A stretch of DNA of 64,000 nt from assembly GCA_963715985.1 (NCBI GenBank), contig CAVQSP010000014.1, positions 256,001-320,000 on the forward strand, given 5' to 3'. Shown in pieces: positions 52,701 through 62,211 of this stretch. The translations under genes were made by a program, and so were the position numbers. The notes below the pieces were generated by a model. It searched no databases. It saw only the letters and a list, made by a program, of their open reading frames with translations, and was not told where the DNA came from. How positions within the stretch are numbered: position 1 is the stretch's first letter; each line of letters begins with the position of its first letter. The DNA is from an uncultured Thermoleophilia bacterium (GTDB taxonomy: Bacteria; Actinomycetota; Thermoleophilia; UBA2241).

Positions 52701-54521
52701 TCACGGGAGGAGCTTCTGCGCCGCTGCGACCGCGCGCAGTGCCTCCTGAAGGCTCACGCGCGCCAGCGGCCTGAGCTTCTCGGTGTCGATGACGTTGTGC
52801 GGAGGGATGCCCTTCTGGATGAGCTTGGCATGATGGAGCAGGCGCACCTCCGACATGCTGGCGTAGGCCTCGTTGAGGCCACGGGCCTGGTCGGCGAAGG
52901 CGGGGCTCAGCTCCTGTACGGTCACGAGGCGCTCCACCGTGCCGCCCGCCGACACGCCTCTCGAGAAGGCGTAGAAGCGGGCCAGGTTTATCACGGGCAG
53001 AAGGCCGCTCTTCTTGATGTCGACGGGGCCGGTGAGCCGACCCCGGAACCCCAGGGGCGAGGGGATCTGCGAGGCCAGGTGGGCCAGGCCGCTCAGAAAG
53101 CCGCCGTGCCTTGGCGCCCTGCGCATGACTGCGCTGAGCGGCGTCACGATGTCGAGGTCCCCTGCCACGCGACGGAAGTCGAAGGCGATGCTGGCGCGCA
53201 GGAGGTTGTTCCAGTCCCACACCTGCAGGCAGCGCGCGAACACTTCCACCCAGGCGCTTTGCGAGAGGCGCCAGTGGGGGTCGCGGGCCAGGACTCCCGA
53301 CTCGTCGAAGCTGAAGCCGCACCGCGCGAGCCCGCTGTTGACCTCGTCGGCCACGAGCGCGAAGTAACCCTTCGCCTCCGGGTCGTCCGTGTCCTCAAAC
53401 GCGAGGGCGTTGTCCTGGTCGGAGGCCAGTGTGAGCTCGTTGCGGGCGCTGCTCCCGAGCGCGAGCCAGGCGAACGGCACCGGAGGTGGGCCGTGACGGG
53501 CGATGGAGAGCTCGAGGAGGCGGCTCGTCATCACATCGCTCAGCAGTGTGATGACGCGGGTCACCGTCGGCGCGTCGAGGTGCGCGTCCAGAAGACCGAC
53601 GAACAGGCCGGGAAGCTGCGCCGCGGCCGCCACCACGGCGTCATCGTCGTGAGCCGTGCTGATGGACCAGCGCAGCGCGAAGGGGCTGAGCGCATCGAGG
53701 TTCATCAGGCTGCCCGCCGACACCACGCCCAGCACGTGCCCGTCTCTGCCCACCACGGGGAGGTGGTTCACCCCGGCCTGCATCATCTCGATGCTGGCTT
53801 GTGGGGCGAGGATATCCTCGCTCACCGTGGCCACGGGAATGGTCATGATGGCGCTCACCGGCACCTCCGGCGACACGCCGACGGCGAGGACCTTCTTGCG
53901 CAGGTCGGCGTCGGTGACGATGCCGAGCCCCTCGCTCGTCTCCACGAGCAGCGCCGTCACGATCTCGTCGCTCATCAGTCGCGCCGCTTCGCGAACGGTG
54001 GTGTCCGGCGGGCAGAACACCGGCGCCCGCCGGATGAGCGAGGTGACCGGCACGCTGCGCACGTCCGGCATGGAACGCACCGCGTCGGTGGCGCGCACGA
54101 GCCGGTCACGGAAGCCGCGGGCCACCATGGTGACACCTTCGGGACGGCTGAGCACGGCGATGGCCTCGTCACGGGGCAGGAGGTACAGGTCCGTGTCCTC
54201 GCGGGCCCTCACCGTGAACTCCGGGGCGAGGCCCGAGAGCAGGGTGGGGTGGCCGAAGAGCTGTCCCTTGGTGACGACGTCGACGACGAAGCCCTTGTGG
54301 TCGATCTCCATGGTGCCGTCGCGGACCACGTAGAGGTGGTCGCCGGGGCGGCCGTTCTCCACCAGCACCGCCTCGCCGGTGACGGCGTGGCGCTCGACGA
54401 CGGCGGCCGCCACACGCTCCAGCTCGGGTCGCTCGAGGGCGTCGAACGGCTGGTACCGCCCCAGGAAGCGGGCGATCTCCCTGACGCGGTCAGATGCCGC
54501 GGCTGATGTGACCGCCGTCAT
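52701..54521 (-). CDS. cNMP-binding / CBS-pair / DUF294 nucleotidyltransferase protein (copy 1)
   Basis: YQPFDAL, LYVVRDG, GQLFG (cNMP); GIVTDADLR, HLPVV (CBS); LGSSARNE....SDQDNAL (GS..DxD); DIKKSGL.P. Confidence 0.92.
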   Translation of the reverse strand: MTAVTSAAASDRVREIARFLGRYQPFDALERPELERVAAAVVERHAVTGEAVLVENGRPGDHLYVVRDGTMEIDHKGFVVDVVTKGQLFGHPTLLSGLAPEFTVRAREDTDLYLLPRDEAIAVLSRPEGVTMVARGFRDRLVRATDAVRSMPDVRSVPVTSLIRRAPVFCPPDTTVREAARLMSDEIVTALLVETSEGLGIVTDADLRKKVLAVGVSPEVPVSAIMTIPVATVSEDILAPQASIEMMQAGVNHLPVVGRDGHVLGVVSAGSLMNLDALSPFALRWSISTAHDDDAVVAAAAQLPGLFVGLLDAHLDAPTVTRVITLLSDVMTSRLLELSIARHGPPPVPFAWLALGSSARNELTLASDQDNALAFEDTDDPEAKGYFALVADEVNSGLARCGFSFDESGVLARDPHWRLSQSAWVEVFARCLQVWDWNNLLRASIAFDFRRVAGDLDIVTPLSAVMRRAPRHGGFLSGLAHLASQIPSPLGFRGRLTGPVDIKKSGLLPVINLARFYAFSRGVSAGGTVERLVTVQELSPAFADQARGLNEAYASMSEVRLLHHAKLIQKGIPPHNVIDTEKLRPLARVSLQEALRAVAAAQKLLP

Positions 54522-54633
54522 CTCGTCCGTGTCCGACCTCCTGCAGACGGACCGCGGGACGTACCTCCCCGCGGCCGCGATGGTCCGCGGCCAAGGATAG
54601 CAGCCGCCGCGCGCACGCCAGTGTTGACCTGCC

Positions 54634-55395
54634 TCAAGCCAGCCCCTGGGCGCGCAGGTACGCGAGACTGGCGAGCACGTCGTCCGGGTGCTTGTGCTCG
54701 ATGACCACCGTGGCGCCGGCGGCGCGCGCCACCACGAGCACCGCGGCGGCGTCCACGACGCCCGTCCCCAGGGGCAGGTGCTCGTCGCCGCCCGCCGGTC
54801 CGTGGTTGTCGTGGAGGTGCACGAGGCGCAGCGGCGCGCGCGGGTCGGCCAGCCACGCGGACAGCGTCCGGGACGCTGCGGCGTGGCCGGCGTCGAGCGC
54901 CACGCCCAGCCCGCACAGGTCGATGTCGCCGGGGCTCACGAAGTGGGAGAAGCCGGCCACCGGCATGTTCTCCACGACCACGGGCACGCCGTACTGGTCC
55001 TGCAGCTCGCGCAGCTCGCAGAGCGACCGCTGCAGCGCCGCCACCACGGCCGGCTGCCGCGGCGCGATGCGGCGCTGCCGGTCCGGATGCACGAGGTACG
55101 TGGAGGCGCCCAGAACGGCGGCGATCTTGAGGTGGCGGCGATGCAGCTCCACGCCGGCCCGCCGCTTGATCTCGCTCGTGCTGCCCAGATCGACCCGGAA
55201 GAAGGGTCCGTGCACGCTGATCGGCACGCCGAGCCGTGCCACCGCGCGCGCGTTGTCGATCTCGAGCAGGGAGTGGTGGCCGTAGGAGGTGACCTCCGCC
55301 GCGAGGGCGAGCTCGCGTATGGCGCGCAGGACGGCATCGAGGGGCAGACCGGAGTACGCCCCGGTGGAGATCGCGATGTCGTGCGGAGGCTCCAC
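54634..55395 (-). CDS. Endonuclease IV / xylose-isomerase-like TIM barrel metalloenzyme (paralog 1)
   Basis: SVHGP, VHP, ENMP, DAGH, HLHDN, DEH, IEH. Confidence 0.87.
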   Translation of the reverse strand: MEPPHDIAISTGAYSGLPLDAVLRAIRELALAAEVTSYGHHSLLEIDNARAVARLGVPISVHGPFFRVDLGSTSEIKRRAGVELHRRHLKIAAVLGASTYLVHPDRQRRIAPRQPAVVAALQRSLCELRELQDQYGVPVVVENMPVAGFSHFVSPGDIDLCGLGVALDAGHAAASRTLSAWLADPRAPLRLVHLHDNHGPAGGDEHLPLGTGVVDAAAVLVVARAAGATVVIEHKHPDDVLASLAYLRAQGLA

Positions 55396-55478
55396 GGCCT
55401 CCCCAGTATCGCACGAAGGTCGCGGCCTCAGGGGGGCGGTGCACCTACGGCGCCCCGCTCGTCGAGTCCGCTGCTGCC

Positions 55479-57095
55479 TCAATCCGGGGCGTAGACCTCC
55501 ACGCAGTCCTTGCCACGGAGCTTGGCTTCGTACAGGGCCTTGTCGGTCTTCTGCACCAGGTCTTCGGCGTCGGCCGCGTGCAAGGGGAGCGTTGCCACCC
55601 CGATGCTGGCGGTGATGCCGTCCCATGGAGCACCCTCCGACGACACCTGCAGGCGGGCGATCGCGGCGCGGATGCGCTCTGCTGTGGCGACCGCGCCGTC
55701 GGGTGTGACCCTGTCGGCCAGCACGGAGTCGGTGCTCGGGAGGACGACCATGAACTCCTCGCCGCCGTACCGCGCGGCGACGTCGACGCCGTGCCGCACC
55801 TGCCCGCGCAGAACCTCGCCAACCGCACGCAGTACCTCATCGCCGAAGAGGTGCCCGAAGCGGTCGTTGACGCTCTTGAAGTCGTCGAGGTCCAGCATCA
55901 GCAGGGAGACCGGCTGGCCGTAGCGACGGGCGCGGGCCACCTCGTCCCGCAGACGTGTCCAGAACTGGCGGTGATTGGCGAGGCCCGTGAGGCTGTCGGT
56001 GGTTGCCTGTACTTCGATCGTGGTCTTCTGCTCCTGCAGGCGGCGGTACAGCTGGGCATTGTGGATGGCGACTGCGGCCTGCTCTCCAAGGGCCACGCAA
56101 AGTGCCGTCTCCTGCTCGCTGAAGTGGCGCGGGTAGGCGGTCTCGCTGACTTCGAGCGCGCCTACAACGGCGTCGCCCATGATCAGCGGCACCATGAGCG
56201 ACGACTGCTCCTGCCACTCGGCGAGTTGGGTGCGGGCGTGCGGGTCCAGGTCGGGGTCGTCGAGGCGGACCTCAACGGGACGCCGCGTGCGGACCACGGC
56301 GAGATCCTGGGGCAGCCCGTCCAGCGGGTAGACGGCGCCGAGTGGCTCTTCGAACACGTGATCGGGGTCGCGCTGGTACTCGGCCAGCCACACCATGGCG
56401 TCGCCCTCAGGGTCGTACTCGTAGATGTAGCTGCAGGCGGCGTCGAGGGCGCGCGCGGCCTGCCGGCACACGACCTCGAGCACCTCGTCGATGTCCAGGG
56501 TGGAGATCATCGCCTTGGACGAGTCGATGAGGGCCGTGAGCTGGCGGTTTCGCTCCTCCACCGCCCGCGTCACACGGGCGTTGCGGAGCGCGATGCCGGC
56601 GAGCGCGGCCATGCGGCGCACCAGCGTCGTCTCCGTCTCGTCGAAGGTGCGCGGGCGCTCCTTCTCGGTGAGCTCGAGGATGCCGAGCACCTCATCATCG
56701 TGGGTGATCGGCGCCCAGACGGCGGCCAGCTCACCCCAGTAGGCCATGCTCTCGAAACCGCCCGTGGCCGCGTCCACGGGGTCCTCGGGGTGCGAGACGA
56801 CCACCTCGCGCCGCGTGATCACGGCCTCGAAGTCGGGGATCTCCACGAGCGCGTGCATCTCGCCGACCCAGGTGCGGTCGCGGGGCGTGAGCCCGCGTGA
56901 CCAGATCGCCAGGGCGCGCAGCGCATCGTGTTCCGGCAGGTAGTCATAGATGCAGCACTCGTAGCAGCCGAGCGCCCTGGCGATCTCCTCGGCCAGGATG
57001 GCAAGGGTCTCCGGCAGCACGCTGCCGCCGTCGCCTTCATCGCGCAGAACGACGAAGGAGCGGCCGTCCGTGTAGATGTCGTCCCCATGTTCCAT
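55479..57095 (-). CDS. GAF-GAF-GGDEF diguanylate cyclase
   Basis: Two GAF-like repeats, TDSLTGLAN, DLDDFK.VND.FGH..GD, RYGGEEF, DKALYEAK..GK. Confidence 0.94.
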   Translation of the reverse strand: MEHGDDIYTDGRSFVVLRDEGDGGSVLPETLAILAEEIARALGCYECCIYDYLPEHDALRALAIWSRGLTPRDRTWVGEMHALVEIPDFEAVITRREVVVSHPEDPVDAATGGFESMAYWGELAAVWAPITHDDEVLGILELTEKERPRTFDETETTLVRRMAALAGIALRNARVTRAVEERNRQLTALIDSSKAMISTLDIDEVLEVVCRQAARALDAACSYIYEYDPEGDAMVWLAEYQRDPDHVFEEPLGAVYPLDGLPQDLAVVRTRRPVEVRLDDPDLDPHARTQLAEWQEQSSLMVPLIMGDAVVGALEVSETAYPRHFSEQETALCVALGEQAAVAIHNAQLYRRLQEQKTTIEVQATTDSLTGLANHRQFWTRLRDEVARARRYGQPVSLLMLDLDDFKSVNDRFGHLFGDEVLRAVGEVLRGQVRHGVDVAARYGGEEFMVVLPSTDSVLADRVTPDGAVATAERIRAAIARLQVSSEGAPWDGITASIGVATLPLHAADAEDLVQKTDKALYEAKLRGKDCVEVYAPD

Positions 57096-57178
57096 GGCCC
57101 TTCAGTAGGTCAGGTCGACCGCAACGGCGCTTGCCAACATGGAACGTTCGTTCATTCGCTGAGGGCCGGACGCGCGGT

Positions 57179-57234
57179 CTAGCGGCCGCAGGCAAACCAG
57201 CGAGTGGGGCGCCGCAGGCACACCGCTCAGCTAG
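57179..57234. repeat. CTAG-bounded ~51-bp repeat, third copy (inverted)
   Basis: CTAGCGGCCGCAGGCAAACCAGCGAGTGGGGCGCCGCAGGCACACCGCTCAGCTAG. Confidence 0.9.
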
Positions 57235-58439
57235 TAGCGCACCATGAGCTTCCTCGTGGCCGCCGTGAGCCCATCCACGGTGAGCTCGAACATGGGGAAG
57301 ACCTCGCGCACCTTGCGGATCGTGACGCTGCCGTAGGCGTGCTCCCAGTCACCCGCGGGGATGGTGTTGAGCCACACCGAGTGGTCGAAGTGGTGGCGCA
57401 GGCGCTTGAGCCAGTCGATGCCGGGCTCGTCGTTGCCGTGGCCCCACCAGATGATGCCGTCGCGGGCCATGAGCTCGCTGGGGGCCATGGCCGCGTCGCC
57501 GACGAGGATGAGCTTGTAGTCGCTGGGCAGCTCCTGCAGCACGCGGCGCGTGGAGACGGCCTCCGACGTCGACATGCGCGTGGTCGTGTACAGCCAGTCG
57601 TACACGCAGTTGTGGAAGTAGTAGAAGCGCAGGTCCTTGAAGTGCGAGCTGCGGTTCACGGCGCTGAAGAGCTGGCTGCAGAGGCGGATGTAGGGGTGCA
57701 TGGAGCCGCCCACGTCCATCAGCAGGATGACCTTGACGGCGTTCTTGCGGCTCTTGCGCCACACCAGGCTGAGACGGCCGGCGTTGCCGGCCGTCTCGTC
57801 GATGGTCTCGTCGAGGTCCAGTTCGTCGGGGACGCCCTCGGTGCGCGACGAGAGCTGGCGCAGGCGCCGCAGGGCGAGCTCGAACTGGCGCACGCCGACC
57901 TCCTGGTCGGTGCGGTAGCCGCGGTAACGGCGCTCTCCGGCCACCTTGACGGCGGAGCGGTTGCGGCTCTCGCCGCCCACACGGATGCCGCCGGGGTGGA
58001 AGCCGCTGTGGCCGAACGGACTGGTGCCGCCGGTGCCCACCCAGCGGTTGCCGCCGTGGTGGGCCTCGTCCTGCTCGCGCAGGCGTTCCTCGAAGAGCTT
58101 CTGCAGCGCCTCGAGGTCGAGATCCTCCATGGCGGCCGCCAGCAGCCGGCGCTCCTCATCCGTGAGCCACGGCATATCGAGCGGGTCCGCGAGCCACTCC
58201 CAGACCTCTTCCTCGATCTTCAGCGGCGTCTCGATGCCGTTGAACATCGCCGCGAACGCCTGGTCGTACTGGTCGAAGTACGCCTCGGACTTGACGAGGA
58301 TGCTGCGCGCCACGGCGTAGAACTGGTCGAGGCCGGCCGGGGCGAGACCGAGCGCCAGGGCGCGCATGAGCGCCAGCCACTCGGTCACGGTGACCGGCAC
58401 GCCGTAGGCGCGGAGCAGGAAGAAGAAGTCGGTGAACAT
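57231..58439 (-). CDS. VWA-domain CoxE-like protein
   Basis: MDVGGSM MIDAS variant, YFHNCVY, VGDAAMAPSEL, WLN; adjacent to the MoxR ATPase. Confidence 0.9.
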   Translation of the reverse strand: MFTDFFFLLRAYGVPVTVTEWLALMRALALGLAPAGLDQFYAVARSILVKSEAYFDQYDQAFAAMFNGIETPLKIEEEVWEWLADPLDMPWLTDEERRLLAAAMEDLDLEALQKLFEERLREQDEAHHGGNRWVGTGGTSPFGHSGFHPGGIRVGGESRNRSAVKVAGERRYRGYRTDQEVGVRQFELALRRLRQLSSRTEGVPDELDLDETIDETAGNAGRLSLVWRKSRKNAVKVILLMDVGGSMHPYIRLCSQLFSAVNRSSHFKDLRFYYFHNCVYDWLYTTTRMSTSEAVSTRRVLQELPSDYKLILVGDAAMAPSELMARDGIIWWGHGNDEPGIDWLKRLRHHFDHSVWLNTIPAGDWEHAYGSVTIRKVREVFPMFELTVDGLTAATRKLMVRY

Positions 58440-58460
58440 GGCGCCTGGACCGCTGCGGCG

Positions 58461-58565
58461 CTACCGGCGCCTGAGGACGCGGACGGCGGTGAAGACGAGG
58501 AGGGCGGCCAGGGCGAGCACGATGACGGCCGCCGCGACGACCTCGAAGGACCCTACCTGTGGCAC
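58461..58565 (-). CDS. 34-aa single-TM microprotein
   Basis: AGGAGGT RBS then GTG; MPQVGSFEVVAAAVIVLALAALLVFTAVRVLRRR fills the gap between the MoxR and VWA genes. Confidence 0.65.
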   Translation of the reverse strand: MPQVGSFEVVAAAVIVLALAALLVFTAVRVLRRR

Positions 58566-58594
58566 GCCGTCCACCTCCTCGCGGCCCGCGCGTC

Positions 58595-59428
58595 CTACCG
58601 CCTGCGGCCCCCGGCCAGCGCGCGCTGCGCCACGTCCACGTCGTGGTCCTTCTTGAGGAGCACGCCCATGAACGGGAGGCGCGCGGCGATCTCCTGCGGG
58701 TCGACGCCGCCGCGCGCCAGCGCCTGCACCCAGTCGATGAGCTCGCTGGTACTGGGCTTCTTCTGCAGGCCGGGCACGTCGCGCAGCCAGTAGAACGCCT
58801 GGATGGCGAGGTCGAGCAGGCGTTTGTCCAGCTGCGGCACGTGCACGTGCACGATGCGCTCCATCATCGCCTGGTCGGGGAACTCGATGTAGTGGAACAC
58901 GCAGCGCCGCAGAAAGGCGTCCGGCAGCTCCTTCTCCGCGTTCGACGTGATGAGCACGATCGGCCGCTGGACGGCCTGGACGGTCTCGCGCGTCTCGGGG
59001 ATGTGGAACTCCATCTGGTCGAGCTCCCACAGCAGGTCGTTGGGGAACTCGAGGTCGGCCTTGTCGATCTCGTCGATGAGGAGCACCACGCGCTCCTCGC
59101 TCGAGAACGCCTGGCCCAGCTTGCCGAGCTTGATGTACCGGGCGATGTCGCTCACGTCGCTCTCGCCGAACTGGCCGTCGTAGAGGCGCTGCACGGTGTC
59201 GTAGACGTACAGGCCGTCCTGCGCCTTGGTCGTCGACTTGATGTTCCACACGACGAGCGGCATCCGCAGGCCGGCGGCGATGCTCTGGGCGAGCATGGTC
59301 TTGCCCGTGCCGGGCTCGCCCTTGATGAGCAGCGGCCGGCTGAGCTGCACGGCGACGTTGACGGTCTGCATGAGGTCGGGCGCGGCGATGTAGTCGCTGG
59401 TGCCCGCGTAGGTGGACGGCTGGCTCAT
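58595..59428 (-). CDS. MoxR family AAA+ ATPase
   Basis: RPLLIKGEPGTGKT, LIDEIDKAD, ITSN.EKELPDAFLRRC, KKPSTSE. Confidence 0.94.
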   Translation of the reverse strand: MSQPSTYAGTSDYIAAPDLMQTVNVAVQLSRPLLIKGEPGTGKTMLAQSIAAGLRMPLVVWNIKSTTKAQDGLYVYDTVQRLYDGQFGESDVSDIARYIKLGKLGQAFSSEERVVLLIDEIDKADLEFPNDLLWELDQMEFHIPETRETVQAVQRPIVLITSNAEKELPDAFLRRCVFHYIEFPDQAMMERIVHVHVPQLDKRLLDLAIQAFYWLRDVPGLQKKPSTSELIDWVQALARGGVDPQEIAARLPFMGVLLKKDHDVDVAQRALAGGRRR

Positions 59429-59513
59429 GGCGTGCGCTTTCGGTCGTTGGACGAACGTGGGGGCGCCGAAGCGGCACCCGACGAAGTCTATCAGACCGGG
59501 CCGGCGCCCCGGC

Positions 59514-61349
59514 TCAGGGCTTCGTGCCGCCGCTGCCGGGAAACCGCTTGCGCGCGGCCGCGACTTCGCGCAGCGCCTCCTGCAGGTTGGCGCGCGTGAT
59601 GGGCCGCAGGATCTGCGTGTCGATGATGTTGCCGGGCGCCCTGCCGGCGCGCAGTTGTGCGGCGTGCAGGTCGAGCTGGATCTGGGTGACGTTGATGAAC
59701 GCGTCGCGCAGGGTCTTCTCACAGTCCAGGGTCCGCTCGTCGATCCCGCAGACCGCAGACAGGCGCTCGAGCGTGCCCTGGCTGGTGACGCCGCGGGCGA
59801 AGGCCTGGTACCGCGCCAGGTTCTGGATGGGCACGAGGCAGTCTTTCTTGATGTCCAGCCAGCCCTCCAGACGCTGCAGAAAGCCCAGTGGGAGGCGCAT
59901 GCCGGTGCCCAGGCGCGCGAGCCCGCGAAGAAAGCGGGGGTGCTCGGGCACCGTGCGCATGATCTCCGTGAGGGCCTGGTCCACGTTGAGCTCGCCGGTC
60001 ACCTGGCGGTAGTCGAAGCAGACGCTGGCGCGGGCCATGCGGTCCAGGTCCCGCCCCTCCAGGCAGTACGAGAAGATCTCCTGCCACCCACTGAGCGTGG
60101 TGCGCCACTGGCGAGTGCTCGCGAGGACGCCGTGCGGGTCGGCCGGCAACCCACAGAGAGTGAGGCCATGGTTGACGTCCACGGCCACGCGTTCGAAGTA
60201 CTCGTCGACCGCCGGGTCGTCGGTGTCGGCATAGGCCAGCCCGTTGTCCTGGTCCGAGGCCAGGGTGAGTTCGCTGCGCGCCGCGCTGCCGAAGGCGAGC
60301 CAGGCGAAGGGCACCGGCGGCGCGCCGTGGCGGGCGATGGCGAGCTCCAGCAACCGCGCCGTGAGCGAGTCGGCGAGCACGGTGAGCACCCTGGTCAGCG
60401 AGGGCGCGTCGAGGTGCGCCTCGCGCAGGTCGAGGAAGAGCTTGGGCACGTCGGCGGAGAGAGCGATGAGCTCCTCCTCGTCCCGCGCCCACTGCAGCGA
60501 GCGTCGCAGCGCGAACGGGCTCCGCGCCTCCAGCGTCATCAGGTTGCTGGCCGAGAGGATCCCCAGCACCGTCCCGTCCGCGTCCACCACCGGCATGTGG
60601 TTCACGCCGGCCGACATCATGGCGATGCTGGCCTCGGGCGCGAGCGAGTCGGCGCCGATGGTGTGCACCGGCGTGCTCATGATGGCGCTCACCGGCTCAT
60701 CCCGCGACATCTTGCCGACGACGACCTTGTCGCGCATGTCCACATCGGTGACGATGCCGAGGCCGTCGCGCAGACGCACGAGGATGGCCGAGCGCCCTCC
60801 CGCGGCCATGATCTCGGCGGCCTCGCGGATGCTGGTGTCGGGGTCGCAGAACAGCGGCTTGCTGCGCACCACGGCGGTCACCGGCAGGGTGCGCACCTCA
60901 GGAAGGGCGCTCATCGAGCGTGCGGCCTGGATGAGACGCTCGCGCTGATTGGCGGCCAGCCAGCGCACGCCGCCCGGGTGGCACAGGAGCCCGAGGGCCA
61001 CGTCGCGGGGGATGCAGTAGAGGGTGGTGGCGCTGCGCGCCTTCACCGTGAACTCGGGCGCCAGCCCGGTCAGCAGCGTCGGGTGGCCGAACACGTCGCC
61101 GCCGGTGATCATCGCCACCAGCACGTCGCTGCGCGTGAGCTCCATGGTGCCGTCGTGCACCACGAAGAGCTCGGTGCCGGGCGGGCCGCCCTCGACGAGG
61201 ACGTCCTCGCCGGCGCGGACGCGGCGCCGTGTCACGGAAGCGGCCACGCGGAGGAGCTCGTCGTCCGCGAGGGAGCCGAAGGGCTCGACGCCGCCGAGGA
61301 ACGCGGCGACGCTCTGCGCGCTGCTGGCCTCGCCGGCCCTGGTGCTCAC
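59514..61349 (-). CDS. cNMP-binding / CBS-pair / DUF294 nucleotidyltransferase protein (copy 2)
   Basis: VEPFGSL, LFVVHDG, GDVFGHP; GIVTDVDMR, HMPVV; FGSAARSE....SDQDNGL; DIKK. Confidence 0.92.
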   Translation of the reverse strand: MSTRAGEASSAQSVAAFLGGVEPFGSLADDELLRVAASVTRRRVRAGEDVLVEGGPPGTELFVVHDGTMELTRSDVLVAMITGGDVFGHPTLLTGLAPEFTVKARSATTLYCIPRDVALGLLCHPGGVRWLAANQRERLIQAARSMSALPEVRTLPVTAVVRSKPLFCDPDTSIREAAEIMAAGGRSAILVRLRDGLGIVTDVDMRDKVVVGKMSRDEPVSAIMSTPVHTIGADSLAPEASIAMMSAGVNHMPVVDADGTVLGILSASNLMTLEARSPFALRRSLQWARDEEELIALSADVPKLFLDLREAHLDAPSLTRVLTVLADSLTARLLELAIARHGAPPVPFAWLAFGSAARSELTLASDQDNGLAYADTDDPAVDEYFERVAVDVNHGLTLCGLPADPHGVLASTRQWRTTLSGWQEIFSYCLEGRDLDRMARASVCFDYRQVTGELNVDQALTEIMRTVPEHPRFLRGLARLGTGMRLPLGFLQRLEGWLDIKKDCLVPIQNLARYQAFARGVTSQGTLERLSAVCGIDERTLDCEKTLRDAFINVTQIQLDLHAAQLRAGRAPGNIIDTQILRPITRANLQEALREVAAARKRFPGSGGTKP

Positions 61350-61360
61350 GGCGGCTCCTC

Positions 61361-62137
61361 TCAGTCCGGGTGTTGCGTGAGCAGGCCCCGCGACCTCAGA
61401 TAGTCGAAGCTCTGCTGCACCTCGTCCTCGTCCTTGTGCTCCAGGATGATGGTGGCGCCGATGGCGCGTGCGGCGGCGATGACCGGCCCCGCGTCCACGA
61501 CGCCGGTCCCGCACGGGTCGTGCAGGTCGCCACCGTGCGTGCCGAGATTGTCGTGCAGGTGCACGTGGCGGATGTCGTGGTCGGTGGGCGCCAGCCAGGC
61601 GTCCAGCGTGTCCGTGATGGCGGCGTGGCCGGCGTCCAGCACCACGGCGAGTCCCCTGACGTCCAGGTCGCCCGGGGCCACGAAGTGGGAGTGGCGCGCG
61701 AACGGGAGGTTCTCGACGGCGATCGGCATGCCGCACTCCGCCTGCAGCTCGGTGAGCTCCTCGAACGCCTGCTCCATCATGGCCACCACGCGGCGGCTGC
61801 GCACGCGCGGCTTGCGCTGGACGTCCGGGTGCACGACGTAGAGGCCGGCGCCCAGCTCGGCGGCGGCGGCGATGTGGCGGCGGTGCATGTCCATGGCCAT
61901 CTTGTGGGCGGAGCCCCAGCGGCTGCCCAGCTCGAAGTGCGCGAACGGGCCGTGCACGCTGAACGGCAGGCCCGCCACTTCGAGCACGCGCGCGTTGGCC
62001 GGCTCGAGGATGGAGTGCGGTCCTAGGGAGAGCACCTCCGCAAACGCGGTGAGCTCGGAGATGCGCAGGAGGGCAGAGGCGAGGGAGAGGTTCAGGTACG
62101 CCCCGGTGGAGATGCCGATGTCCGAGATGCACTGCAC
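61361..62137 (-). CDS. Endonuclease IV-like TIM barrel metalloenzyme (paralog 2)
   Basis: SVHGP, VHP, ENLP, DAGH, HLHDN, DLH, LEH. Confidence 0.87.
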   Translation of the reverse strand: MQCISDIGISTGAYLNLSLASALLRISELTAFAEVLSLGPHSILEPANARVLEVAGLPFSVHGPFAHFELGSRWGSAHKMAMDMHRRHIAAAAELGAGLYVVHPDVQRKPRVRSRRVVAMMEQAFEELTELQAECGMPIAVENLPFARHSHFVAPGDLDVRGLAVVLDAGHAAITDTLDAWLAPTDHDIRHVHLHDNLGTHGGDLHDPCGTGVVDAGPVIAAARAIGATIILEHKDEDEVQQSFDYLRSRGLLTQHPD

Positions 62138-62211
62138 GCTGCGAGTATCGCACATGCGCCGAGACTCGGGTGGGTGCGTCGGACCCGGCCGCCGCGCTCG
62201 GGACGCTTTGG

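Noticed and set aside
57179-57234. GGCAAACC...GGGGCGC resembling a c-di-GMP-I riboswitch upstream of the GGDEF gene
   Set aside because: It is antisense to that gene, lacks the AAAGC and second hairpin, and recurs at 49.7 kb between convergent genes, so it is a repeat
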